Source: Hormiphora californensis
Lineage: Eukaryota > Animalia > Ctenophora
Length of the DNA: 64,000 nucleotides
Assembly: GCA_020137815.1 (NCBI GenBank)
Contig: CM035358.1
Coordinates: 744,001 to 808,000 of the forward strand
Reading direction: 5' to 3'
Made by a program: the position numbers and the translations under genes. Each line of letters starts with the position of its first letter. The stretch's first letter is position 1. The notes beneath the pieces were generated by a model, which was not told where the DNA came from, did no database searches, and saw only the letters and a list, made by a program, of their open reading frames with translations. This document shows positions 46,578 through 58,676 of this stretch, piece after piece.

Positions 46578-48657
46578 TGCATTGTTCTGTCGATACGGAA
46601 GGTTGTGAAATTGTGTCCCTGATCAAACAATGCTCGGTGATTGCTTGTCAGTATTGTTGGACTGTATTCATACATAGTTAGTTGTTCAAGTTTACTCTCA
46701 CGGTCCGGGGTCTAACTCTAGATCTGCATCAATTGAAACAGTTCATTTAGTTTTAATCCTGATCATCAATTGTATATCCCTCTATCACTTGAGTAGTAGG
46801 TGACACTGTGTCCGTGCTACAATTCAATATATATCACCAACACACCAAAAAGGCATGGAGGCGAGGCACAGGGCTAGTAGAGTTGTCCGGGGCCGTTCGA
46901 TCAGATCCAACTACAGCCGTTCTGCATCTGTGTTGAGCGTGGGGTACTATACAATGAACTGGCTAACGGAACTCCTTTATAAAATTGACAGGTAAGGTAT
47001 TATAATCACCTAACATTTCAGGTTTTTGGGCTCCTTCTGATGATCCCAAGAATGGTTCGCTCCGCTTTAAAGCCGAGATCTTAAATTGAACACACTTGTA
47101 CTATGTAACAATTAGGAAGCAAAAGTGGTGAAATGTCTGTCACAAGATGGTTGATATTGGATACAGATACTCACGCCACGTGGTGGACATCCAAATTTAA
47201 ATTGATATGAATCAATCCATGCATTGAAGTTGTTTAGATTTGAAAATACAGTGTATTTCATCACTGAGTTGTCTCAGTATATATGTATCAGAAGGAGCAG
47301 CTCCTAATGAGATAGCGATTGTGATGAGGCCAGTTTATCAATTGATTAGATGACTTTAGGGAACAACGCATATCGATCTGCTATAACAGAGAAACTATAG
47401 AAGTTGGAGAGGATTGGAAAGGAGAGAGAGAGACAGAGGGGGGTGGGGGAATATTGATAGCAAAGGAGAGTAGATAGTAGAGTGAGAGGCAATAGAGAAA
47501 AGAGAGAATAGGAGAGCGTTCTTCCCCTCTCTCTCGCCCACGCTCCTCTCTCTCTTTATCTCCTCTCCCTTCTTCTCTCTGCCTCGTTCGTGCCTCGCTT
47601 GCTCACGCCGCGCTCCTTCGAAGGTCTGCGTCTGCTCCTCTGCTCTCGCTGCCTCTTCTGCATTCTTTGCCTCGTCTCTGCTGCTCTCTACTCTTCTCTC
47701 TCTCTCCCCTCTGAAGAGGCCCAAGCTAGACAGAAAGAATCCTTTTTTTCTTTGTGTTTCGCCTGCTAGACAAGATCTCAAGCGCCGAGACCTCGAGCCT
47801 ATCTTTCCCCCTAGTGAACCTTCTTTTTTGATTAAAAACTCCCCAAGCTGTCCCACAGGCAGGTACCCTCATGCATGCAGACATAATAAATAACCCATGA
47901 GGACGCGTTTTAAGCACAAAAATGAAGCTTTTTTTAATACACATAATTTGGCCGCGTTGTCGTCGTCGTCGTCTCTTCTTTGTTCTTTCATTCTTTTCTC
48001 GACTCAATGACATATGCTGCAGAAAACCTTCCACTGCTACCTCCCAACAAGATTAATTTGCTGCTCAACATGTGTGCATCGTGCCGTGTAATGGCTGCCG
48101 GAGGGTACAGTAGGGTCCTGGAACGGTCCTCCCCGGCCCTGGATGATCCCCTTCTGGCCCGGTTCTCCAGACACCATGCTAGGACGAGTCTGCAGTACGA
48201 CTCACTGGAGTCCCTCTCACCAAATGAGTAATGTAGCAGCTATATGTGTGCTGATATGTATTATCAAGCTGTCAACAACTTAACTTCTCGAAACTCTTAA
48301 AACCGAAAATCATTTATTCGTTCGTTTCAAACCAGCTTAGTTGCCCATAAATATCCCAAAATATCAGCGATTTTATAATACTATATGGGACACTAACTCA
48401 TGGTTTGAGTAACTCTATCTATGACTTGTCATATATCATCATCCCACCACGATTAAAAGACATTGCATATAATGCAATGTTCGATATGTGGTGTTTATAT
48501 AACTTAGTGATGCTTAGGCAAGTTATTTGTAGTTTTTATAGTTTCTGACCTCCACTCTCCAGTTAAATCATTATACGTCAGTTTGCTACTTTACTACGGA
48601 ACTGAACCCTCTCTTTTTGGATCTTTCTCGCTCTCTTTCTCGGTTTAGCTCTCTCCA

Positions 48658-48749
<92 letters not shown>

Positions 48750-49230
48750 CTCTTTTGTAACTCAGCAGTTCCTACATTCGGATGGCCTATAGCATATTTG
48801 TGTCCGTTTTGTGTGTCCTATATTGAACATATGTACGAGCGATTGTATGCTCAAGCCTGGGATGCGGATAGTAAGGCCAGTAAATACCAGTACCTCGGAC
48901 CAACATATGACTGGTTTGTGACCATCATAGGGATCCTGGATTCTTTAAGATAAAGATATTCGTTAGACAATTAAAACATAAAAGAAACGTCACCATCATC
49001 TTATGATCAAAGTTGTCATAATATTACCTTTAATAATTTGGGACTTTTGCCTCTGTTATAAATTCATCAGATTGGCAGTGTTTTTAAATGGAGGAATATC
49101 ACCAAATGTAATTGAGTTTGAAGACATCAATATAATGGATTGGAGTTGGTTGGTGAGATGTACCAGTCCACTCAGACCGGTCCAACTGGTGAGATATATG
49201 AGATGTAACTAACATGGTTTCTTGTTTCAG

Positions 49231-49345
49231 GGAGAGGCTCGGTGGTATTATGGCAGCAAAGCAGAAGCGACGGCTGGCCCGACGCAGACAGGAGAAGCTC
49301 CGGGGTTTTGCTGAGCTGGTTATCAGCAGCTACTACTTTAACATT
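49231..49345 (+). CDS. Orphan exon, resembles the entry into S1 of a voltage-sensor domain
   Basis: CTAAC branch point, TTTCAG acceptor, GTGAGT donor; translation ERLGGIMAAKQKRRLARRRQEKLRGFAELVISSYYFNI. The family is guessed from the sequence pattern only. Confidence 0.45.
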
Positions 49346-49737
49346 GTGAGTGATCATTGTGTGTCAGACGTCAGTAGCTACTACTTTAACATTGTGAGTG
49401 ATCATTGTGTGTCAGCAGCTACTATTTTAACATTGTGAGTGATCATTGTGTCAGCAGCTACTACTTTAATGTATTGTGAGTGATCATTGTGTGTCAGCAG
49501 CTACTACTTTAACATTGTGAGTGATCATTGTGTGTCAGCAGCTACTACTTTAACATTGTGAGTGATCATTGTGTCAGCAGCTACTACTTTAACATTGTGA
49601 GTGATCATTGTGTGTCAGCAGCTACTACTTTAATGTATTGTGAGTGATCATTGTGTGTCAGCAGCTACTACTTTAACATTGTGAGTGATCATTGTGTGTC
49701 AGCAGCTACTACTTTAACATTGTGAGTGATCATTGTG
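49323..49737. repeat. ~41-bp minisatellite x10 spanning an exon end and its donor
   Basis: Unit TCAGCAGCTACTACTTTAACATT|GTGAGTGATCATTGTGTG. Confidence 0.95.
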
Positions 49738-49856
49738 TTACTTGTGATCAGTGTCTTTGCTTTGACAGCTGCTACTACTTTAAAACTCCTGTGTGAAAAT
49801 ACAAGATGTTCATAAGCCTTGTCATGCGTGATACTTAACATCCTGAGGTCATATAT

Positions 49857-49894
49857 CTCAAATTAACTTGTTTAAAGTAGTGTTGAAAAGTTTG
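49857..49894 (-). other. Genomic copy of spliced-leader exon
   Basis: The minus strand reads CAAACTTTTCAACACTACTTTAAACAAGTTAATTTGAG followed by ATATATG (no GT). Confidence 0.8.
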
Positions 49895-51614
49895 GGGTTC
49901 CACTGTCCACACCCGGCACTCCTAGAAGAAGATGTGATGATATTTTCGATTTGGTTACAGTTGCACCAGTTTGGGTGTCAAAAAGGGGCCCATGTTGTGA
50001 TTACTTCTTACCTTCTTCTTTTACAGAACTATACATATTTAGCTTTCTCTGCCCTGCCCTTCTCTCTGTCGGCTTTTTGATTGAATGACTAGTCCCAGAA
50101 AGATCTTACAAGTTTCTACCCTTGTTACATAGATTAAATTGTTTGTTGAGTTCTCACTTAAATACCATACACCCCTCAAGCACGTGATCAAAATGACATA
50201 TTACGTATGTGTTTGCTGTTCATACATGCACATATACCGTGATCATCATGAACCAAGCCATCAATCTCTTCTAATCTATCGCGCGCTTCTGTTCTGCCTC
50301 TGAGTTCTCCTCGCTTCTCTCTCTCTCGATCTCTCATCTCTGTCTCTCTCCTCCTCTGCTCTCTCTCTTTAACCCTTCTGCCTTCGTTTCGTCTAGCATA
50401 ACCAGGAAGAGCCCACGGACATTTTCAATTTTTATGGGCGCCAGATCATGATAGTCGTTTTGCGAGGAGCTCTGTTGGCAGATAGTGAGGAGAAGAGATA
50501 GGGAGATAGAGAGATAGAGAGATAGAGAGATGGGGAGATAGAGAGATAGAGAGATAGAGAGAGGGGGAGAGATCATCCGGATCACATCAGTAAAGACCAT
50601 GTGATTGATAGGTCACATGTTTATGCATAATGCTTGTTCAAACTACACTGGTCTTTTCAGTTTGGCGATAAATCGATAATCGATGTTTATCCTAGGATCT
50701 TGTTCCTATCCTAATATATCTTGCTTCGTCGAATAAGCCGATTTGCACGACTCATCGCGTCGGCAGATCGCTGCACATTGTACTTGATATAATTTGATGG
50801 ATCGGTTCAAATTGTTACTGCTAATTCAGATCTGATCTGGATCACTGGATGGCAGTTAAGTGATTCCATTAAACCATATTAATAGGAGATCATTGTCAGC
50901 TAGTGTGGATTCTTCCATATTGTTCCCTCCTTCTCCCAGTGTGGATTCTTCTAGTTCATATTGTTCCCATTTACCTTGTGATGAGAACTGATTCAGTTAT
51001 TACCCTGATCTGGGCTCTGCTGCTGTGACCAGCCTGACAGCATGCCTCGACCCTTTCTTCCTGAACGCTGATGCGCCTGAGAACGGGTCTGGCACACGCT
51101 AGGCAGTGATCAGCAGTGATCAGCTTTATACTTGTAATTCATCTTGTTGAAATGATATGACGAGATATAATCTCTGTTGATATGATATCACATTTTCAAA
51201 TTACCCTCATTTTCACACATGTCATTGACTATCACGTGCAGTGGATATGTCTTTATAGGACTAGTTGAGAAGGAAATAATATGATGAGACCGATTACTGG
51301 CACACTCAACCACACACATCATGTGCAGTGTTGGGCTATTACTGTCTAGATATAAGACTGTCTCACCCCAAAACTTTCCATTATCATTACTCTCACTGTT
51401 CATTCACTCTCATTCCCTCTTACTCTCCTCTCACAGTCTCACTCTCCCTCATTCCCTCTCACTCTCCCTCTCACTCACGGCCGTAAACGACTTGGTAATA
51501 TGGCGATTAAGCGCTCATGATTAGCGGTTTTGTTTGTTGTTTGATCTTCTAATAAAAAATACCGCGGGTAAGTAATCTCATCTCCCCCCTCTCTTCTCCT
51601 CCTCTCTCGCTCTC

Positions 51615-51651
<37 letters not shown>

Positions 51652-53489
51652 CTCTCTCATCTCTCTCTCTCTCAATCCGATGATCACCATGTTTGTATAA
51701 ACTTCATATTGTTCTCACCATACCAAACTATGATCAGAGAGAGTACTTAGACTCTTTGGCGACGGGCGGGATAAGAAATTGCGGCAGTACGAAACTGTAC
51801 AGCAATTAACTGGTAATGTGTACTCCTGGTTAATAATTATAAATCATTTCACCTGCTTGCACACGGGAGAGTGATATAGATCAAATATTAAACGTGCAGA
51901 TGACCTTGTTCAAGCTGGAGGGCTAGTATGAATCAGAAGAGCTCCTCTCTCGATTTGTTGTCGATTCTGTTGATCATGGAGGAGAGGGGTGCGGTTGAGG
52001 GTCTCTGTAGTATCTAACTGCTGTTGTAAGCTTTCGAGAAGTCTCCTTTGATCTGATTGGTTTCGCGGGGATCACATGAAGCACACATTATACTTAGTCC
52101 CTGATGGTTTCCCCTTCCTTTGAAGCAGTCCCTGATGGTGATATATAGTTTCCCCCTTCCTTTGAAGCAGTCCCTGGTGATGCTACAGTTTTCTCCCCTC
52201 ATTTTTGATTCGATATTCGTGCATTAGAGTAGTTAGCACGAGTTGTGCCGACTGCTGGATTGTCCTAGAATATGATTACATGTTCCTTTAATTCTCGAGA
52301 GAAGCATCTCGCATCTCTTCTATCTCCCCATCTTCCTCTCCCCATCTCTCCCTTATTATCTCTCCCTTATCTCCCTGTCTCTCCCCCCATCTCTCCCTTA
52401 TTATCTCTCCCTTATCTCCCTGTCTCTCTCTCATCATGACAGGTAGACAGTAATAGACTGCCCGATCCTATAAAGAGGCCTCCTACCCTAGCACGGCGAA
52501 CAATACGCCAATGTTTATATGCTGGATCCTATATGATGCATATATTGTGCTCTTTTTGTGGGTTAAAGAGGACTCTTGCAGAGCGGCTTTGAAGAAGTAT
52601 AAACAATTAATTAAGAAGCCCCATAGATTGAGATATATACAATTCGGTATTGGGTATCGAACAGTGCTACAATTTGTTATAAATGCACCATAGGCCCTCT
52701 CGTGAAGCTCCACAGTCGTTTATATATGGTCTCAAGGTTGTTATGCAATACTACTTGGTTTTGTACTTATCTGCAGATTGCCCAATCGTTATTGATTGGT
52801 TTACAGTCCGAATGGCGAGTATATATATGGGAGGGAGAGAGAGAGAGATAGAGAGAGAGAGAACTTTTAAATAAGATAGAAGGGCGAAGATTCAGTGCAC
52901 TTCTTTAATAAAGGTTGCATCGAGAGATGTCTTACTTGGTCAATTCAATCGGGTTTTAAGAGAGAGGGATCAGAGAGAGAGAGAGAGGAGGAGAAGAAAG
53001 AGAGAGGGAGAGAGAAAGGGAGGAGATGAAAGAGAGAGAGTGAGGGGGTTGTGGAATAAGGGGTCTCTCTAGAGGGCCAATTAAATTGTTTCAAAAAGTA
53101 ATAAGGACTCATCCAATGGATATTCTGCTATTAGATAATGAATTGATTGCCACGTGATTAACAATATATGGTCACACACACACATGTGATGCACATCAGT
53201 TAGACTGGCTACTACGCACGAAACTCCACGCCTAGATCACAGCATGACCAATTTCCGTGTATTACATAAAACCGGGGTCAAACGCAATTGCCAAAAAATC
53301 TCAAAGCGGCACACCATCAGATATCTCGCATTGCATAAATTATGTATTACGATTTGTGATTAAGTATCTATTTCCCTGGACTGTCTGTCTCCTCCAAGCA
53401 TCCCAGGCATGTCTCTAGAACCCACCTTTTTATCTAGCTCTCTACTATCTCTCTCTCTATCTCTCTATCTCTCTCTCTATCTCTCCCCC

Positions 53490-53584
<95 letters not shown>

Positions 53585-53654
53585 CCTTTCTATATTTTGT
53601 TGGGTATATGTTCGGATCTGACTGTGATCTGTTATAATAGTTCACTCCGCAGAC

Positions 53655-53763
<109 letters not shown>

Positions 53764-55849
53764 GAGTACATTTGTGCTTGATAATTTGGTTAAAAATAAA
53801 CAGATTGAAACACAGCAAATTCTGGCCAGGCTAGTGTCTCCATTGATTATTATCCTCCTCCTCCTCCTTGCTTGACCGTCTTCCTTGTACAGACGCATAC
53901 TTCATATTATATATTCTCCTCAATATACCACCTAGATTTAGTAGCAGTTTTGAGTTGTGGTTGTCTTGGTGAAGGATCAACATATCGAGGGATCGTTGTT
54001 TGTCGCGAGGAGCTAGGTTGCACGTGCAGTGCTGTTTGATTTTGTGAAGGAGCAGCTTTGAAGGAGCAGATCAGCTGCGGCTATGATGGGTGGGAATGCG
54101 GGAGCGAGAAACAGGGGCTATCGAAACCTCATGAATCGGCCCTCCTTTGCAGAAATCATATACTCGTCATATCATTTCCACAAGGTGAATTACTGTGATA
54201 TTATTACATTGTATCAATGATCAGTTGTTTTTTTAGTTGTGTTTTTTCTGCTGATTTCATATATGAATCCCCTTGTGAACAGCTCGTCGAGCTAAATCTT
54301 GAAGCCCCTTCATATTTCGTATATTATATGTAAAAGTGTCGAAATCTGTCTCCTATATTGTCCGACTACAACTTAACTCTTTAGAATGTTACTGAATGTT
54401 GTCATTGTGTGCTGAATATGTTGACAAAGCTGCTTTCCTCATCAAAATGCCCCCATACTGTACAATTTGCATTGACCGAGATTGCACTTGGCACATACAC
54501 CATCCACAAGGTAAGGAGACTCAGATAACGAATCGTGGTAAATCACCCGATTTATATCTCTTCCAGACTATTATAATATTGGTGGTGATTGAGCATATAA
54601 TTTGAGTGTTGTTTGGAATAGTTTTAGCATGCAAGTTTTTACAGGTCAGTCAGGATGAGACGACGCCGTGTATCAAACCTGGTAATTAACGTGGTAATTA
54701 ACATAATTAACATGCATAATTAACATGAAATTGGAAATAAGTTTAGACAATGCTTCACTTTACAGTACAATATTCTGCAATTCACACGATTCTACATTTT
54801 GTACGACTATTATATTATTCTGCCGTATCCGGTAATTACCAATACCATCCCAATTACCATAAACTTTGAATTACGTAAGAGTATTATCAATGATCAGTGG
54901 CTCGTAATACCATGATCTGTGATTGACGTGTGACCTGATGGTGGTCAATATATCACACTTCTTGGAGAGCTCTGCAAGATCTGATTATGACAACTACACC
55001 ATGATGATGGTTTTGGCTGGCATGGTGCTTCCCTTCTATTCGATTTCATTCCTTTCTCTCTCTTTCTGTCGCTGTATTTCTCTCTGGCTATCTTCCTCTG
55101 TCAGTATCCTTCTTTTAGTTCTTAAACACCTGCGTGTATAATGTGTACAACTCGTTTTACTCCTTCATAAATATTTCTATGCTCATGTTGAATAATTATA
55201 TATGTTCTATTGTTAGTTCGACAGAACAGGACCAGTAAAATCCAAAGAGTCCAGCACATGGGCATTTACCCAGCAAAGCCGGAAAGAGGGAGAGAGATGA
55301 GAAGCTGTGACGTGCCATGGAAAATAAGAAATAAGAGAATGATCCAGCCCTGTCCCGCTCCTTCTTTAAGTTGATCAAAAACTTAGTTTGTCACGCATTA
55401 AAAAGTTTCCCAACGTGTGTTGACCAAGTTACATAATTGAAGTGAAAACCAAATGGAGTAGGATCTAGATCCCGTAGAGTTCTTTTATTTGCCCTCGTGT
55501 TTCTCCTGCAGTGCTCCTTTATAAAACTAGTTTTCATAGAACCACAAAATGAATTAGATTGGTCCATTTCAGTTGTTTTCTGAAGGTCTTAATCACTGCC
55601 CCACTACCGAACTTATTTATTCTATGGTAGTCCCTGGGAGGGTCCCCAAATCAGTAAATCACTGCAGCAATCAGAACACGTGACACATATTGATTGATCC
55701 CCGGATAAACAAGGCTTTCTAGAAGCCCCAATTAGTATATATGCCCTTGTTTTGGAATGTATCCTGTTGAGTAAGCTGTCAATATCTGTCACGTTCAGCA
55801 GCTCTAATATACCAGGCTCTGCAACAGCTGCAACTGCACTAGTACCCTC

Positions 55850-55929
<80 letters not shown>

Positions 55930-56106
55930 ATCTCTTTCTCTCTCCCTTCCTATCTCTACTCCTCCTGTATCTTTTTCTTTAGTTTGTCCGTTTACCATAA
56001 CACACCCCTATCACGCTTAGTCTAACAGTCTGCTGTAACGCCTCACCTCCTGGGGGTGAGGTGGAGTACTTCCCAGCTGCTGCTGCTTCTCTATCGAGAG
56101 ATATAG

Positions 56107-56213
<107 letters not shown>

Positions 56214-57087
56214 TTATCTAACATTCATTCATCAGGCTTGTTGCATTATATTATTCCCCTTGTTAGTATCCTAATCGGAGGACAGTTTTAAACCGAATCT
56301 AAAGCCGCATCCCTGTCTCTCTGTGTCACTTTCAATTCGAACAATTCAGCTCCTCCGGAACATTATCGAGACGATTACATGGCATTCACTGCGTAATGCC
56401 AGGCGACGGCATAATAATTGTAGGCATTGTTGAGTTGAAACCTTACTTTTTTTAACTCTTCATGGTGTTAGATTCCTCTCCGTCGTGGAGACTATCCAGG
56501 ATAGGATGAAACATTTTAATGTTTGGAGTAACTTTCTACGTTTTTATAAATATGCCTCCAATTAGTTGGCAAGCTCAGATAATTATCTCACTTCTATATC
56601 TTTACGTACATTGTACAGGCAATACACCGTCGTCCAGTTCACCATGTAATGGCTCCCTTCTTCTTCCTCCTCTTCTTGGCTCCCTGACCTACGTACGCAC
56701 TTCCTAATAGTGTGTTTTAGCAATTTTCTATCGTCGCGGTGTCCACTTCACTTGTAATGGCCTCATTTCCAGCTGCACTGGGAGAGTGTCACTAATTGTG
56801 TGTACGTGCACGTGTTGTCGACCTTGTCAAAATAGTATATAAGTAGCCTAATTTGCTTGAGTTCGTATAGGTAGTTTGTAGCCTAACTTATATTTTCTGC
56901 TAGCCTATTACATCATTCCCTCTTTTGTGTTGTTGACAGTTTGGGGTATATCTGTCACACCCACTGTTTATTTTGTACACAATCCAATAGACGCCTGTTT
57001 GTCTGAAATATGAAAATTTTCAACACGAAAAGCAACAATAAATTCACAAAAGCATCACAAATTAAACAATGAACTATGTGGCACATA

Positions 57088-58155
57088 TTATATAATATTG
57101 TTGATAGCATAAACAGAGTTTGATGCAGCTGCGCTCCACCTTCTCGCAAAATACTGCCTGAATCTGCTCATCCTGAGGAGATACACCACAGGATTCAACA
57201 TACTGTTCGCTAAAATACAATAAACCCCAGCAAAGGAGATGAAATACTTTAGAAAGTACTCGTTACTACCAATGTTGATTAGGTGGACATAGTCCTTGGC
57301 TGTCATGGGATCGTCTGTGTAGAAAGAGATCCGTTTGTGGAGTGTCTGGATGGCGATCAGGACAAATGGAAGTTGGCTGATGATATAAATCATGGTTACC
57401 AAGACAACCGTTTTGGCAGCGTGCACTGTCCGTTGGGTTCTACCACTGCAGGTTAGGTTAGCTGCTGCTTGACTCCTGTGAAGGTAGAACAGGGAGAGGA
57501 CAAAGGAGATGGAGATGAGGACAAAGGTTATGGTTGGGATCAGCGTGAACAGGATCACGATGAAGATCCCAGCTTTGTAACCGTCTTCAGTGATTATATA
57601 ATCCAAGTTATGGCCTGGATAGATACTGAAGAAGCAGTACATCCACATGGGTTTGTAGGCCATGAATGTGGTGTTAGAGAGGAGCAGGCAGCTACACACT
57701 ATACACATGATCACCACCACTGTTACACACATAGCCACCGCTGCCAGGGGGTTTAGTTTGACCTGGGGGAACATGAGGAGACAGAGTCTGGAGAAACTGA
57801 GGAGTCCTATGAGGAATATGGAGGTGGAGACGGATATCGCCCAGAGACACCCCCAGACGGTACAGAACGTCTCATCTCCAAAGAGGGCCGCATTACGGGC
57901 ATCCCTCAGTGCAGCCTCCACTAGGGGAAGGGAGAGGATACAGATTAGGATATCCACAATCGCTATCATCATGTACACATTCTTGAAATACCGTCCGTTG
58001 GAGTTGGTGGATCCACTCACGTTGAAGTATGTGAGGGCAAACATGTTGCCCAGGGCCCCCACTATCATGGTCCCCAGGATAATGATAGCGTAGATGATAT
58101 CGCCCACTACTGATGTTGCGTCTTGGGAGTGGAAGGTAGAGTTGAAAAATGACAT
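57088..58155 (-). CDS. Intronless rhodopsin-class GPCR, 355 aa
   Basis: Seven hydrophobic segments: GALGN (TM1), IAIVD (TM2), FCTVWG (TM3), SFSRL in place of DRY, QLP (TM6) and NSMLNPVVY (TM7). Confidence 0.9.
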   Translation of the reverse strand: MSFFNSTFHSQDATSVVGDIIYAIIILGTMIVGALGNMFALTYFNVSGSTNSNGRYFKNVYMMIAIVDILICILSLPLVEAALRDARNAALFGDETFCTVWGCLWAISVSTSIFLIGLLSFSRLCLLMFPQVKLNPLAAVAMCVTVVVIMCIVCSCLLLSNTTFMAYKPMWMYCFFSIYPGHNLDYIITEDGYKAGIFIVILFTLIPTITFVLISISFVLSLFYLHRSQAAANLTCSGRTQRTVHAAKTVVLVTMIYIISQLPFVLIAIQTLHKRISFYTDDPMTAKDYVHLINIGSNEYFLKYFISFAGVYCILANSMLNPVVYLLRMSRFRQYFARRWSAAASNSVYAINNII

Positions 58156-58504
58156 GATCTGTGCTAAAACAGAGGGATATATAGGGTTAAATTGAGAAAA
58201 CTGATCAGTAAAACATAGAGGGTACTGCTGCAGGTATATAAGCGATATTGCATCACGTTGTGATGATCACGTTGTGATGATCACGTTGCGATTATCACAA
58301 CACTTGATACAAATACATAATGAGATAACATATTTTACTGGTAATATCAATATTATATTCACACAGCTCCTCCACTCACGGACCATCGATTCACATTGGA
58401 ATTGCCAAGAAACTTCTAATACCATAGCAATCATCACTAATGAAGAATTGGCCCCTGATATCAGGCCTCTTTCTCTTACATTTCACCCTCCTTCATGCAT
58501 ACTA

Positions 58505-58676
58505 CAGTCGGACCCCGATTTAACGGCACCCTCGGGGGAAAGGGTTTTGTCCGTTAAATCGGGGTGTCCGCTAAATCGGGGTCAAATACTGTTAATTTCC
58601 TATATCGGGGGAATATTATGCTGCCGTTAAATCGGGGTGCCGCTAAATCGGGGGCCGTTAAATCGGGGTCCGACTG
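58505..58676. mobile_element. pogo/Tigger-like MITE
   Basis: TA|CAGTCGGACCCCGATTTAACGG...CCGTTAAATCGGGGTCCGACTG|TA. Confidence 0.85.

Noticed and set aside
49323-49737. Regular repeat array as CRISPR or SL RNA gene cluster
   Set aside because: There are no unique spacers or cas genes, and the context is eukaryotic. It shares only ACTACTTTAA with the SL and is explained as an exon/donor duplication.
50372-50471. IKIENVRGLFLVML resembling iGluR pre-M4
   Set aside because: It is not followed by a TM helix, and no other iGluR exons were found.
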